From the NCBI GenBank assembly GCA_040954595.2, contig CM082576.2:17903028-17967027 (forward strand): a DNA stretch of 64,000 bases, in the 5' to 3' direction. Made by a program: the position numbers and the translations under genes. This document shows positions 13,700 to 26,865 of the stretch, piece after piece; positions within the stretch are counted from its first letter, which is position 1, and the number at the start of each line of letters is the position of its first letter. The notes beneath the pieces were generated by a model that searched no databases, was not told where the DNA came from, and was given only the letters and a program-made list of their open reading frames with translations. The stretch comes from Balanoglossus misakiensis. Lineage: Eukaryota; Animalia; Hemichordata.

Positions 13700-14314
13700 C
13701 TGTCATGGCCCCATCTACGCTACGGTGTTTAATACACATGTGCACAATTTTTATGTACATGCATGTATGTACGTAGAACAACACGATATGTCAATAACAC
13801 TGGCAATAAAGACATATTCTGGAGAGAACCTATAGAGTAAACAGCCAATTTAAATACACCCAGGCACAGCACTTGTATTTGTGCCTGTGTGTGCCTTTAT
13901 ATGCATTCTCACACTCCTGGCAACTGGGAGTGTGGGATCGAGAGTGTGGGATTATATTTGGGAAATTACGAAAATATCTCACTCATTTTTGTCAGTTTTC
14001 TCAAATACAGCCGATACGATCTCACAACTATAGAGCTATATCACTGAAAAACTGATCAAACATAACAAATGTTGCGTAATTTTTTCCAATAAACTGCCGT
14101 CTCTGGGATGCATCGTCTCTGACTTATCACAGTATTGAGTATCGAAACGCCACAATTGAAACTTGGGTTTTCTTAAAACCTAAAGAAACATATGCAATTA
14201 TAACAGAACTCTGTGACCTCTGCAAGCGATCTGTGCCATACAGAAGGTATTTGAACTGGTGATTCGCTGGATCTGCTGTACTTTTGTCTACATTTGTGAA
14301 AATCGCTTCTGATA

Positions 14315-15094
14315 AGGGGGGATAACTTTGATTTTGAAGTCCAAAAGGGGGGTCATCTTTTTTTAAACGTTTTGAGGGGGGTGAGGGTCACATACTTATG
14401 CCACTGAACACGGCAAACTGTTGCTTTTGAGTCCACAAAATTGCAGTTTCACGCCCTTGAATTTACAAAATTTTCTAATGTGGGAGGGGGACCCCCTCCA
14501 TTCTTTGCCACATTTCATTTATTGGCTGCTTTGTCTAATGTACGTGGGCAGAGTACTCGCCAACCCTATCCCACCGATGCTTACTTTGAGTGGAATGGCA
14601 AAGGTAAAATTGGTCCTCCCCCAACATTGAGTTAATTTGCATTTGAGTTCATTAAAATGCAACTTTGAGCACTGTATTTTACAAAATTTTCTTATGTTGG
14701 AGGGGGACACCCCCTCCCACGCCCAACCCCGACACTTTTCTTGTTTTACCAATCCTACCAACTATTGTATTGACTTGTCATTTTAATTTGTTCATAGATT
14801 TCTTTATTGCAACGATATACTATTATATGCTTCAATTACTTTAAGAAATGTATAATCGAGGTGTTAGGAGCCTCATTCACTTCATTGCATACAGTGTACA
14901 TGTACATAGGATCGGGACGGCGAATGTTTTCAGCGTGGGGGGGGGGGGTCATCATATATTTGGGCCTGTCATAGGGGGGGGGTCATCATTTTTTGGTGCT
15001 GGGTGAAGGGAGGGGGGGGGGTCAGCCTGATTTTAAAAACCCATGACACAAACTTGCCGCCCCCCCCCCCCAGCCGTAAAAACTGAACAGTCCC
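14315..15094. mobile_element. Harbinger MITE copy 2, opposite orientation, one TIR lost
   Basis: Reverse-complement match to 6471-7330; ends CCGTAAAAACTGAACAGTCCC|TTA. Confidence 0.85.
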
Positions 15095-15325
15095 TTATGT
15101 ATGTATGCAATTATGTGTGTTTGTGTATGTATCTTTGTTCTCTACAAAAAACTTTAAATATGTGTAAGATCTGTATTTGGTATAGAGGTGCATTATCACT
15201 TATCAGGTATATTTTACTTTCCAGTTCCAGGCTTTTTGGTGGTGGGTGCTGGTCATTGTTGTGTCACTTGCAGTGATGTGTTGTGTTTTTGTAAGTATGC
15301 ACATTAAATGTATGTATATATGTAC

Positions 15326-15387
15326 ATGTATGTATGTATGTATGTATGTATGGATGGATGGATGGATGGATGGATGGATGGATGGAT
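15326..15387. repeat. Compound (TGTA)n(TGGA)n microsatellite
   Basis: Directly visible. Confidence 0.95.
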
Positions 15388-15609
15388 CTTGTGTGGTGCA
15401 CCTGACTTTGACAGTACCTGTGTGCGAACATTAGAAGCAGCCATCCTGGGCATGGCTGACCAGAAATTTGTGCAAGATGGCGGCCAGTAACTGACCCTTG
15501 CCTTTTAGCTGGCACAGCCAGCAGTGGGAATGGGGCAGGGGAGCAGGCAAGACACTGGAAACATTTCTTCTACAGGCAATGTTTAAAGCTTGTTTTGTTT
15601 TTTCCTCAG

Positions 15610-15806
15610 GTTCAGCACAAGCACATTAAAGAGAAAAAGTTAACAATGGAAGAACTTGCAGAGATGTATAGCAGCCAGAAAATGATCCTTCTGAGGAAAC
15701 AAGAACGGCTACAAATCCAATTAGAATGGATTTCACAAAACGAGGCAATGTTACATGATTTTACGAAACTGGCCGATACTTTCAAGACATTGGAGCAGGA
15801 GACAAG
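15610..15806 (+). CDS. Host gene exon, coiled-coil-like (VQHKHIKEKKLTMEELAEMY...LEQET)
   Basis: Acceptor TTTTTTCCTCAG|, donor AAG|GTAGGT, phase 0-2; matches ORF 15595..15810. Confidence 0.85.
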
Positions 15807-16776
15807 GTAGGTGTGGCGTACACTTGTATATATGTGCAAAGTTGAATATACCGCAGTTCATGATACTTCAGTGGCACCTTTGTGAGAACAAAAATTAAGC
15901 GGTCTAATTATGTGGTCAGAACTATAATATTCACATTTTATATTTTGCACAATTTTCATTTCAATCAGAGCGCACTCGTATTATTTGCACATTGTACATG
16001 TGGTATCTCATGACAGTATTGTAGTCATCATGTACTGCATGACTGGTTGGCCCAGTCTCAAGCAGTTCAAAAATAATGTACACCCAAAAGGAACATGGTC
16101 TTAGAGTTTTTGTGCCAACCAAAATGAAACGGTCTAATCATGTGGAAGTCATTTTGTCAACTGTAACTCATTGTAAAACAGGGAATTAAAGCAGTGAAAA
16201 TGCTCTGAGTGCGTCGACAGAGTTGCATCACCCAGGAAAATACGGATGAAGTCGTCAAAATGCACCCAAATGACAAAAAAGTGGTCTGGCTGCAAAACGC
16301 CTCAGCCAAATTTTGTATAAATTGGGTCCATATAAATGAAAATTGGGTCCACCAAAATTGAAAAGGTGTCTGCAAATATTATAGTAGTTCTGACCCAGAA
16401 TTTAAATTGTTGTTGGCGTGTAGGGGCCAATATGGTCCATTGCATTTTCTCATCAGGGGCCACCCCTGTTTGTATGTATATTGGCCAGACTTTCCCATTG
16501 AAAACAACATTTGGATCAAACCACCAATGTGGTAAAAGAGGTAGATTAATTCAAATACTGAATGAACAGCATTGAAGAATTATGTGTCTTTTAATTTGCG
16601 TCTTTTTCAATAATGTCTTAGCTTTCATTTTTGTGTGTATATACCAAGAATGTGGCAGTTTCTTGAAGAGGGTGCACATACGTGTCTAACAATTTTGGAA
16701 ATCACTGAAAATAACCTGTAAATTGCTGAAATATGAGTCAGTTTGAGCCCATGAGTCTTGTGCATACTATCAACTA

Positions 16777-16957
16777 CTGTGGAACAGGTTATTTTTGCGA
16801 GCAATAAATTTAAGCGAAGTACGGGAGAGCAAAAAATACGCAAAACATAGTTGTGAAAGAACAATGTGCATGAGAACGCGAAAATTAATTCTCGCGTAAC
16901 AGTTGCCTCTCTCGATATCGCGAAAATTTTGACTCGCGAAAATAACATGTTTTACAG
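16777..16957. mobile_element. Tc1/mariner-type MITE
   Basis: TA|CTGTGGAACAGGTTATTTTTGCGAG ... CTCGCGAAAATAACATGTTTTACAG|TA; imperfect TIRs with TA TSD. Confidence 0.75.
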
Positions 16958-16993
16958 TATCTCTAATGTTGTAATGTCTTGGGTTTCTTTCAG

Positions 16994-17125
16994 CTGGGAT
17001 AATCTGCAGCATGAAAATACCAAGAACGAGTACCACCAACATTTCGAACAAATGGATGAGGCACTGACCGCTTTCAGCCAAAAAGCCAGAGTGTTGAAAA
17101 CGTGGTGGAGAAATGCTGCTGAAAG
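16994..17125 (+). CDS. Host gene exon (SWDNLQHENTKNEYHQHFEQMDEALTAFSQKARVLKTWWRNAAER)
   Basis: Acceptor TTTCTTTCAG|, donor AAG|GTATGG, phase 2-2, in frame with both neighbours. Confidence 0.85.
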
Positions 17126-17531
17126 GTATGGTGAATCTTGACCCCTGTGTGACCTTTACATCCTGGCATTTTGTTGGCAAGATTTAATCATTTTGAGTTT
17201 AAACTCTGGATCAGCCAACCTTACACACTGAATCTGTGCATATAGTTGTAAATCATCCCAAAACAACAAAATTGTCTTTTACACAAAAGGGACACATGTT
17301 GTGTGTAATGTTGAATCATGTGCCAACAAAACACAGGTGTTTCTAAAACTTGTAACAAGCAGAACCTACAGTAATGACCAATAATGAACTTGAAATAGAT
17401 AGAATGATTAAAGGCACATAAGCTGCAACTTATGGGATAATTATCATAATTTTTGTTTCAAACTGTACTACCATTAGTCCATGCAGATGAAGACAGTGAA
17501 CTATACACTTGTAAGCATTCTAAACCCTTAA

Positions 17532-18702
17532 AGTGGAACGACACCCACAATTTTGGGCTTCAAAGTACAAACCAGGTGTCAAAAACGGCAACGTTCCGAT
17601 GGGTTAATTCACTTTCACTTCCTGCGCAAGCAGAAGACGCGAGTTGAAAATACTACAGTGACGTCAGCAACTTGCGTTGCAGTCGACGCGCAGCGCTCTT
17701 ACACGTTCGACATAAACAGACACATTTTGCGCGGATCTGACATGGCGAAATGTCAAGTTCATGATTTCAAAAACATATTCGGAAAATCGACGGGGATAAG
17801 TTTCTTTCAAAGGCAATGCTCTACGTGTATTGTATTTGTCGATGCGTGCAGACATAGACCCTGCAATGTTCACGATGCCATGCATGTCGACGTTTATGAA
17901 CAAACCGTAAGGCCTATACAAAGTTGTTCTAACTGCCACTGATAATAATAACCGTACCGTTTTAAATCCTTCCTGCACGTTTTTTGGTACACGTATTTGG
18001 GTTTAATTTCCATTTATTGACGATCGCATAGTTATCAAATGAAAGCAACTAAAAAGGGCAGTTTTAATACATTTCAAGAGACGAAACATGCATAGAATAA
18101 CTATGGCATTGGCTCCATTATACTACGGACGTACTACACCTGGAGAGCAGGACGATGCACCTGCGTTCTTTTCAACTCCATAAACGGTGACAAAGTATTA
18201 TTGTAAGAAAAGTGGTTCAAAAAGGTGACAACGAGGGAGAGACAACAAGGGAGGGTATTGTTAACAGCATTGTCTGTTTCACCATAGACCCTAGGGTCTA
18301 TGGTTTCACTGAAACCACACCAAGTGTAAGCCTTGACAAACGGGACACATCGGAGATCAGAACTGCATGAACTTTTGTCCTCTGTAAAATTCAGTCGCTT
18401 GGTCGTAGAAGGGAATCTCTGGTTCAAAATTGTAGCCTACTACCCGAGAATATGTTGCCATGCTAACGTCGTCGGTCGCGTGAGTGCAGGCGTGTATAAG
18501 CATAAGCTCGCTCCAACGCGTCGGCAGTGGACAACGGTACCACAATTAAGTTGCTGACGTCACTCACTTCCGGGTTCGCGCAGTTTTGGCTGGCTGTAGC
18601 TCTGTTATGCGTAAGTGAAAGTGAATGAAACCAACGTTTTTCATAGTACTTTTTAATCGCATTTCGCAGAATTGGCTCAAAAACGGATCACAACGTTCCA
18701 CT
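17532..18702. mobile_element. Nested Kolobok-like element
   Basis: TTAA|AGTGGAACG ... CGTTCCACT|TTAA; 9-bp perfect TIR with TTAA TSD. Confidence 0.7.
18283..18302. mobile_element. 20-bp palindromic micro-insertion with 7-bp TSD
   Basis: GTTTCAC|CATAGACCCTAGGGTCTATG|GTTTCAC. Confidence 0.7.
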
Positions 18703-18895
18703 TTAATATGAGTGCATATGCAAGTTTTAACCAGATAAATAATAAAGCTTTGCCGCAAGCGAATATGGCCGCCACCATGGGAAAATGCAAGAAACAATGA
18801 AAATGTTGCATTTCCGATTGTGAAACTTCATAAACAAAACATGATCTCATCTACTTGAGCTCATGGACGTAAATGTACACCGCTGTGACATTATA

Positions 18896-20169
18896 TTTGG
18901 GGGCACAAGCGCCCTCAGGCGGCTTGTGCCCCCATTGTTATTGTTGGAATTTTTCTTTATTATTATTCTTCTTCTTCTTCTTCCGAGAAATTCGGCCAGG
19001 TAGATCTGGGAAACCGCTGCACCTAGGGGGCTGAAACTTGGTAGGGTGGTAGGGGCCAATGAGTAGACGTGCAGTGGCTCGTGAATATTTAATTAGTCAC
19101 GTGACCTGGCGGCCATATTGGATTTCCTGAAAATCGTTAAACGAGTCCTTCTCAAAAGCTGCTGGGCCGATCGAGTTCAAATTTGGTGTGCAGGTAGCCT
19201 ACCTTCTGTCCATCATTTTACCCCTTGAAATCATGACGTCACACATAAAGTTTTTTTGCTACAATTGTTTTTCTGAAAAACTACTTAAAACTTTAAAAAT
19301 CTTCTTCTCCAGAACCAGCGGTTACCGAGTCTTGGGATTTGGGATATGTGGTCACCTAACCTATGTCTATCAAGTTTGCGAAGCGCACTGTGATTGGTCG
19401 ATCATTATGGCGGCCATGTTGGATATTCGGAAAACCATTGAAAAGTAATAATTCTGTTTTGTAGCCAAAATGTTGACAGCATGGAAATTCTTTTTTTGGA
19501 TATGAGTCATCATATGACCGGAAGTTGTCACAATTTTTCGGGGCAATTTTCACATGACCTTTGACCCATTTTAAACAACTAATTATATATGCATAATCCC
19601 CATACCTCCTCTTGTCAAAGCACCACAGTCATGAATTTTGTGGACATGGGTACCAATGCTGCCAGGACATGGCACAAATATTTTGGTAATTTTGGCAATG
19701 ACCCTTGACCTATTTCTGAAACATCATTTTTCTGCATATCTAAATCCATGCTACCCAATAGGGCTAGAGGTCTGGTATTGGTTGGACATGGCCCACTCTG
19801 GGGTCAAAATTTTATGCCCTAATTTTGGGTGACCTTGGGTGACCTTTGATCTACTTTCCCATATCTCAGCATCCAGAGCAGTTAGAGCCCTGGCTTTTAT
19901 GGGGATCGAGCACATAATGGAGTCCTACACAAGACCTCATTAATTATGTGCATACCTAATTGCAGGCGAACCAATAAGGCTAGGGGTCTGGTTTTTTGTT
20001 GGATCTAGACTAGTATGGGGTCCAATTTTTTTGCCCAAATTTGGGGTGACCTCAGGTGACCTTTGACCTACTTTCCCATATCTTGGTATCCCCAGCAGAT
20101 ACAGCCGTGGCATTTGCTGGTCACCATGGGAACCGCTTGTGCCCCGCCAACGCTGCTTGCAGCTTTAAT
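18896..20169 (+). mobile_element. Non-autonomous Helentron-like (HINE/DINE-type) element
   Basis: 5' hairpin GGGGCACAAGCG...CGGCTTGTGCCCC, (TTA/CTT)n tract, 3' subterminal GCTTGTGCCCC followed by short hairpin GCTGCTTGCAGC and T-rich end; no TSD. Confidence 0.75.
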
Positions 20170-20393
20170 TTCCTTTTTCATTGTAAAATTGCACTTTTTT
20201 AAAAATTGCAGGAATTTTCGTTTTTTTCTTTAATTTTTGGCCATTTTGTCATAAATAAGTGTTGAGCTTGATATATCATCATGAAATATAATTTAATAGA
20301 CATAATTAAAAGTATATATGAGATTATTTAAAACTGTAATTTTTTATTCAGTTGCAGCTCATGTACCTTTAATAAGGAGCAATAACAACCAAA

Positions 20394-21869
20394 AATTAAA
20401 GCTGCGAGCAGCATTGTCGGGCCCAAGCGCTGATCTTGAATTATATATGCACAGTATGAATGAGAAGAAACAGAATTTTCTATTGGATGTATTATCTTAT
20501 GACATAACAAGGATGTGTGTATTTTTGCCGCTGAAATAGGGTGAAGTAGGTCAAAGGTCACCTGAAGTCACCCGACATTTGGGCAATTTTTTTGACCCAT
20601 ACTGGTCCATGTCCAACAAAAACCAAAACTCTAGCTCTATTGGTTCGCCTGTAATTAGGTATGTGCATATTTAATGAGGTCAGCAGGTGTCACAGGTGAC
20701 CCAAAAATGTGGCTTTAGATTTTGGTCCCATCCTACCAAATGCCATGGTTGTATCTGCTCTGGATGCTGAGATATGCGAAAGTAGGTCAAAGGTCACCAG
20801 GGGTCACCCAACATTTGGGCAAAAAATTTTGATCCTATACTGGTCCATGTCCAACAAAAACCAAACCCCTAGCTCTATTGGTTCGCCTGTAATTAGCTAT
20901 GCGCATAATTAATGAGGTCAGCAGAGGTCAAAGGGGTCATGAAAAGTAGCAAAATATTTTGATCACACACTAATCCACATTCATCAAAAACCAAACGTCT
21001 AGCCCTATAGGTTAGCCTGGAATTAGATATGCAGAAATAATAACGCGTGATAAGTAGGTCAAAGGTCATGTGAAAAATCGCCAAAAAATTGTAACATATT
21101 TTAGTCACATGACGATTGATATCCATAAAAAGAATTTGTATGCTATCAATTTTTGGACTAGAAAAAGGAATTTCAATTTTTCACTGCTTTTTACAAAATC
21201 CAATATGGCCGCCATAATCTTCGACCAATCACAATGCTCTTTGCAAACTTGATAGACATCAGTGTAGTGACCATACTCCCCGAATCTTGCGACTTAGTCA
21301 TCGTCGGTTCTGGAGAAGAAGATTTTTGGAGTTTAACTATGGTTTTTCGAAAATCCAATATGGCCGCCATAATCTTCGACCAATCACAATGATCTTCGCA
21401 AACTTGATAGACATCAGTTAGGTGACCACATACCCCAAACCACGTGTCTTGGTTATCACCGGTTCTGGAGAAGAAGATTTTTGAAATTTAAGCCAGATTT
21501 CTGAAAAAAAATTGTAGCAAAAAAACTGCAACATTGACAGCAAAATTTCCAATTACAAAAATGATGGGTAGAAGGTAGTCTACCTGCATGCCAAATTTGA
21601 AGTCGATCTGACTTGTAGTTTCTGAGATCTGAGATTTGATTTTTTTCAGAAAATCCTATATGGCCGCCAGGTCATGTGACTAATTAATTATTCACAAGTC
21701 ACTGCACATCTACTCATTGACCTTGACCACTGTAGCAAGTTTGAGAAGTGTACCTGAAGTAGTTTCAGAGATCTCGTTGGCCGAAGAATTGACACAAGAA
21801 TAAAGAAAGAAAGAAAAATTCCAACGAAACCAATAGGGCCCAAGCGCTTGCTTGCGCTTGGGCCCTAAA
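20394..21869 (-). mobile_element. Helentron-like element, same family, reverse orientation
   Basis: Begins AATTAAAGCTGCGAGCAGC...GGGCCCAAGCGC, ends TAGGGCCCAAGCGC...GCGCTTGGGCCCTAA; internal tandem subunits. Confidence 0.75.
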
Positions 21870-23390
21870 TATAGCTGCAAGCAGCAATAGCGGGCCCAAG
21901 CCAACATAGCACATAGCAACATAGCAATAAGCATATTTGCTCTGGATGCCAAGATATGAAAAAGTAGGTCAAAGGTCACCTGAGGTCACCCAAATTTTTG
22001 GCAAAAATTTTTGACCCCATACTGGTCCATGTCCTACAAGAACAAAACCTCTAGCCCTTTTAGTTAGCCCGGAATTAGGTATGCACATAATTAATGAGAT
22101 AGCAGGTGTCACAGGTGACCCCCAATTTGGCTTTTCAATTTTAGTCTCAACCCTCCAAACGCCAAGTCTGTACCTGCTCTGGATGCCGAGATATAGGAAA
22201 GTAGGTCAAAGTTCACCTGAGGTCACCCAAAATTTTGGGCAAATTTTGTTGACCCTATACTGGCCCATGTCCCACAAGAACGAAACCTCCAGCCCTATAA
22301 GTTAGCCCACAATTAGGTATGCACATAATTAATGAGATATGCAGGTGTCACAGGTTACCCCCATTTTGGCTTTTCAATTTTAATCCCAACCCTCCAAACG
22401 CCAAGTCTGTACCTGCTCTGGATGCCGAGATATAGTAAAGTAGGTCAAAGGTCACCTGAGGTCACCCAAAATTTGGGCAAGAAATTTTGACCCTATACTG
22501 GTCCATGTCTCACATAAACGAAACCTCTAGCCCTCTTAGTTAGCCAAGAATTAGATATGCACATAATTAATGAGTTAAGCAGGTGTTACAGGTGAGCCTA
22601 AAATGTTGCCTTCTATTTTGGTGCCATTGTGCTCACTGACCACAAGACAGTCACTGTACAGGACTATTGCACAGACCAGAATTCCACAATAAGACATGGA
22701 CATAGCTTAACCATAGAGGTATAATTAAAGGTATAAATTTCATAAAAAAATTAATATAAAAAAATCGGTCGATTTTTCATACTATTTTTTTTTCGCTTAA
22801 AATTATTGACAAATGCTAGGCTGGCTGCACACCAAAGTTGGAGATGATTGGCCAAACAGATTTTGAGATATGTATGCATATTTATCCAAAATAATATGTG
22901 GTCTTAGCTTTACTATGGAAAGTATAGGCCCATGGCTTGGTCAAAAAATATGAAAATTAATACTTAAAAATCTTCTTCTCAAAATTGGCATGGCCAATGT
23001 CCTTGACATTTGGCATGTAGGACACTGACCACATGGTCCGCAAAAGTTGCTAAAAGAATTTTGATATCTCCATTCATATGCAAATAAGGCCGATTTGAAC
23101 GTTTTGCCCATATATGGTAATCAGGTCACGTGACTAATTAAACATTCACGAGGGTACTGCACTAGCTCTCATAGGCCTGCACCACTGTGCCAAGTTTGAG
23201 ATTTGTAGGTTCAGCCGTTTTCAAGATCAAAGTGGCCGATAAAACTGCACAAGAAAAAAAATCAGTAGAAGAAAAAAGCCAACAATACCAATAGGGCACA
23301 AGCGCCTGAGGGCGCTTGTGCCCTAAAAAGTAGAAGAAAAACCAGGACAATACCAATAGGGCCCAAGCGCTGCATGCGCTTGGGCCCTAA
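21870..23390 (-). mobile_element. Helentron-like element head-to-tail with the previous one; doubled terminal hairpin
   Basis: Begins ATAGCTGCAAGCAGC...GGGCCCAAGC; ~238-bp internal repeats (AGTAGGTCAAAG at ~21963, 22200, 22439); hairpins at 23292-23325 and 23357-23389. Confidence 0.75.
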
Positions 23391-23419
23391 CAAGCCACTA
23401 ATATGACCTGTCAAGAAAT

Positions 23420-23465
23420 TACCCCACTATCACATAAAGAGATCTCTTTATGTGTTAGTAGGGTA
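23420..23465. repeat. 46-bp hairpin
   Basis: Perfect 24-bp palindrome CACATAAAGAGATCTCTTTATGTG (23431-23454) extended by imperfect TACCCCACTAT / TTAGTAGGGTA. Confidence 0.8.
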
Positions 23466-23762
23466 TATGGCAAGGACTGAACATAGCGTAAGCGCTCGTA
23501 TGACAGAAAGCGGGAGATCGTCTAAGCTACTGATTTTTCGATTTTAGCTACTTTACAGTACGAAATACTAACAAAGCATTTTTTCTGACGCCTGTGATTT
23601 CAAATGATGAATATAAGCAGCATATAAGTCGCGTTACATGAGTTAGTTTGACATACAATCTGAGTTGTTCGGATTTTGGAGCAACGAGTTGCCCCACATT
23701 ATCAGTTTGCCTTGAATAAACTTTGACATCTCCGCTGCACATTATTAAGTTGTTATTTTCTG

Positions 23763-23950
23763 AACTAGCTGTAGACTCCGGAAAATATTGGCGAAAATTG
23801 TTTTTGACCAAAAATTGTCTGTACAAACACACATGATGACCAACTTCTTTCAGTCAGCCCTGTAACAGACAGGCAGACACACAGACAGACAGAGACGCTC
23901 ACTGACCTGCCATTCACTCTTAAAAATGTAATAGCTGGTGGTCTCTGTAA
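23763..23950. mobile_element. Short interspersed repeat with (CAGA)n tract, possibly Helitron/Helentron-derived
   Basis: Start AACTAGCTGTAGACTCCGGAAAATATTGG is identical to 2283-2311; ACAG/GCAG microsatellite at 23866-23895. Confidence 0.5.
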
Positions 23951-25363
23951 CAGGCGGCCTATTAAAGTTATGTAAACATATGCATGTCTTAGTTCAGGGT
24001 AACAACTCCTTGTAAATAGTAACTTTAAAAACAACTGGACGATTGGGTTTGGAGAAGTTTTGATATAAACCAAAAAGAAATTTACAAAAAGCAATCCAAC
24101 AATCAGTTTCACAGAAAACAATATTTGAATGTTCAAAAGTGGCAAAAAAACACAAAAACGTGTGCGAATATCTCCATAATTGTACAATATCTTCAATCAC
24201 CTCAAGGAACATGTCTGCCATAGTTTACAGCAATGTGACAAGCGGTTTCAGAGAAAACAATTTTTGACAAATATTGCAAAAATTTTACCAATCGCGCAAT
24301 TATGCAAATATCACAAATTGTTTTACAGCATCTTTTTGGAGTTACCTCCAGGAACATGCCTAACAAATTTCAAACTTCAAAGTACTCTGACATGCAGTTT
24401 TGCAACAATTTAAACAAAACAAAAAATGGTAACTCAGACAACCTGTAAGAAGCTTCATGCTAAATTTCAGCCTATCACTTCAGAAATGAAGATTTTTTAC
24501 TGATAATGTGGAAAAAGACAAATAAATGCTAAGACTTAAGGCCAGGAAGAAAAAATAAATTGTTCATGGAATTGCTGCTTCTACTTTGGCTGTTTTGGAA
24601 TTTTTATTTGTTTGGATCATGGCAAATTCTTACTTCTGCATTACAAATATTCTTAGTACTGCCGTTGGTGGCGCCCTACACTTTCTCAGGTTTTCGCGAG
24701 CATAGGATTTTGAATTAGACTTCCGACATGTTTGGACTGAGTTGTCCGCAAACACATTGTTCTGATGTCTGAATTTGGGCGAATGACAACGCGCAGTGGG
24801 TAGCTTTGGGCACACATTTCCTCGTTCTGTAAAGGTTGGTACATGTCACATCATGAGTATTAATTTGATCTCTAACATTCGATGTGACGGCGAACAGATT
24901 TGTTCGAAAGACGCTATTCAGTGTTTGTCCTGATGTTTCGTTTTGCAATTTGTTTAACAAGATCGTCACAGCAGATTGATGGTGCATCTGGTTGAATGAA
25001 AATTGCATCGAAAGTGTATAAAAATTATGACAGCGACAAAACACATGGTTGCGTTGATGTTTAAATACGATCTGAGGTGTCAGTCTACAGTGAGTTCAAC
25101 ATGAATTTTGCAGTGTTCAATGTGCCTAATAAGACAATCAATTTGCACACAAAGCCATTCCATCGACTTCCGCCTGTACAGCACCATCTGATACTGGCAG
25201 CCACATTCAAAATGCGTTTTTGATCATGATGTCCACTGCTACTGATGTTGGTCTGCCTGACAAAATAAAAGTTTCCCAAAAGCTATTACAATGATATTAT
25301 TCAGCTGTTTGACGTACTTGGTGCAGACTGGAACAAATTAGACATGACTACCATGACCAGAAT

Positions 25364-25478
25364 AATAGAATCTCACACACCCAAGGACCTGGGATCATAT
25401 TTCTCACAAGAGTTGGGGTTTTCTGTCCGACGAGTGTGAAAAATATGATCCCAGGTCCTTGGTGTGTGAGATTATATT
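25364..25478. repeat. ~115-bp hairpin element
   Basis: AATCTCACACACCCAAGGACCTGGGATCATATTT inverted as AAATATGATCCCAGGTCCTTGGTGTGTGAGATT. Confidence 0.85.
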
Positions 25479-26865
25479 TCTCAAACGGTCACAATTTAGC
25501 CAAATTCGTTAAAAAAATGAATAAACGACTCTGGAACTGTAGTCTAGGCACGTTGTAGTCTCGCGCCATTGGATAATATTTAGAGCGCATTTGCAAAAGA
25601 ACGCTTTGTCAACCAATCAGTGCTAGCGTCAGATTCAGCTTTCGATTCAGTGAAAGTGTGGGATCAATTTGTTCTCACACTCCCAGTGTGAAACAGTGTG
25701 TGTAGTGAGAGGTAGTCTGTACAGTGTTGTTAGACCATCGTGTAGAATGTGGAGAGACAGTAAAGAGGCCAAGACATGGGGCCAAAGTAAAATGATGTTA
25801 GATCCCACCAGGACAATATTAAAGAATAATACTTAATTGTTGGATTTCAGTGATTTACTGTGCATTTTATTTTATTCTGAGAGCCTGTTAAATACTCAGA
25901 ATATATTGTGCAAACACCAACTGATATATAATGGCCTGGTTTTTTTGCTGGGGAAATACAGTATTGAATTCAGTTACAAGTACAGTACATGTATCAGAGA
26001 TATTTCTGGTAAAAAGCAAAACAATTATCTCGCACTGTCTGCATCTGTGCAAATATGCCAGAGAACTGGTTTTACCTTCGGCCTAAAAACATTTAAAAAA
26101 ATTTCTTCGCTCGCTGCTCCTGGAACTAGGTCAAAACAATCCAATGAACAAGATTGTTCTCTCTGGCCTAATATCAATATAACTGTTTGCTGCTCCATTT
26201 TATGTAGATGGGAATTTATATGGGGTTTGTAAAGTTTCTTCAAACATTCAGAGTATGCCAGTTCACATAGATGAAAACATCTAAGTCAACGCACAACATT
26301 TAAAGTTGTGCAAAAACTAACCAACACTCGAGCCCAAATTCCCAGAACATCAAACTGTGACAAGTTTTTCTGGTGATGATATGAAATTAAACAACTGTCT
26401 AGTTCCGTGAAAATGGTCATGATAATTGACACTTATTGCATAACTTCAGATGACTATATGAAATTGGAAAAGATGGTCATTTCCACAGAATCCGTGATTA
26501 CTCATTCTGTCTATTTCTAGGATGTTATTGGTCATTACTGCAAATTTCCGCTCATTACTGCTCGTTACAAGTTTAACAAGCACCCAACAAAACACCCAGA
26601 AGTCATTTAGAATGGCACAAAATAACAAGTCCATAAAAACTGAGCATGATTCATTGTCGATGTAGACTGCATATAGTACTACTTGATGGATTTTTTGCAT
26701 TACCTGGCATGTGTACTGCAAAGACAATGCCTGGAGTTATAGAGGGTGTTTGATCACAGAAGCTGTCTTTTGTGTCACATGCAGTCAAATTACTCCTCAT
26801 TGTCACCACGACCCTCAGCTCATCATTTATACTTTTCCTGTACGGCATCTGTTTTCTTTTTTCAG

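Larger units (their letters stand above)
17412..20368. mobile_element. Kolobok-like non-autonomous element hosting nested insertions
   Basis: TTAA|AGGCACATAAGCTGCAACT ... AGTTGCAGCTCATGTACCT|TTAA (17/19 TIR match); pieces 18740-18893 and 20170-20368 are colinear with the related copy at 36541-36860. Confidence 0.8.
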
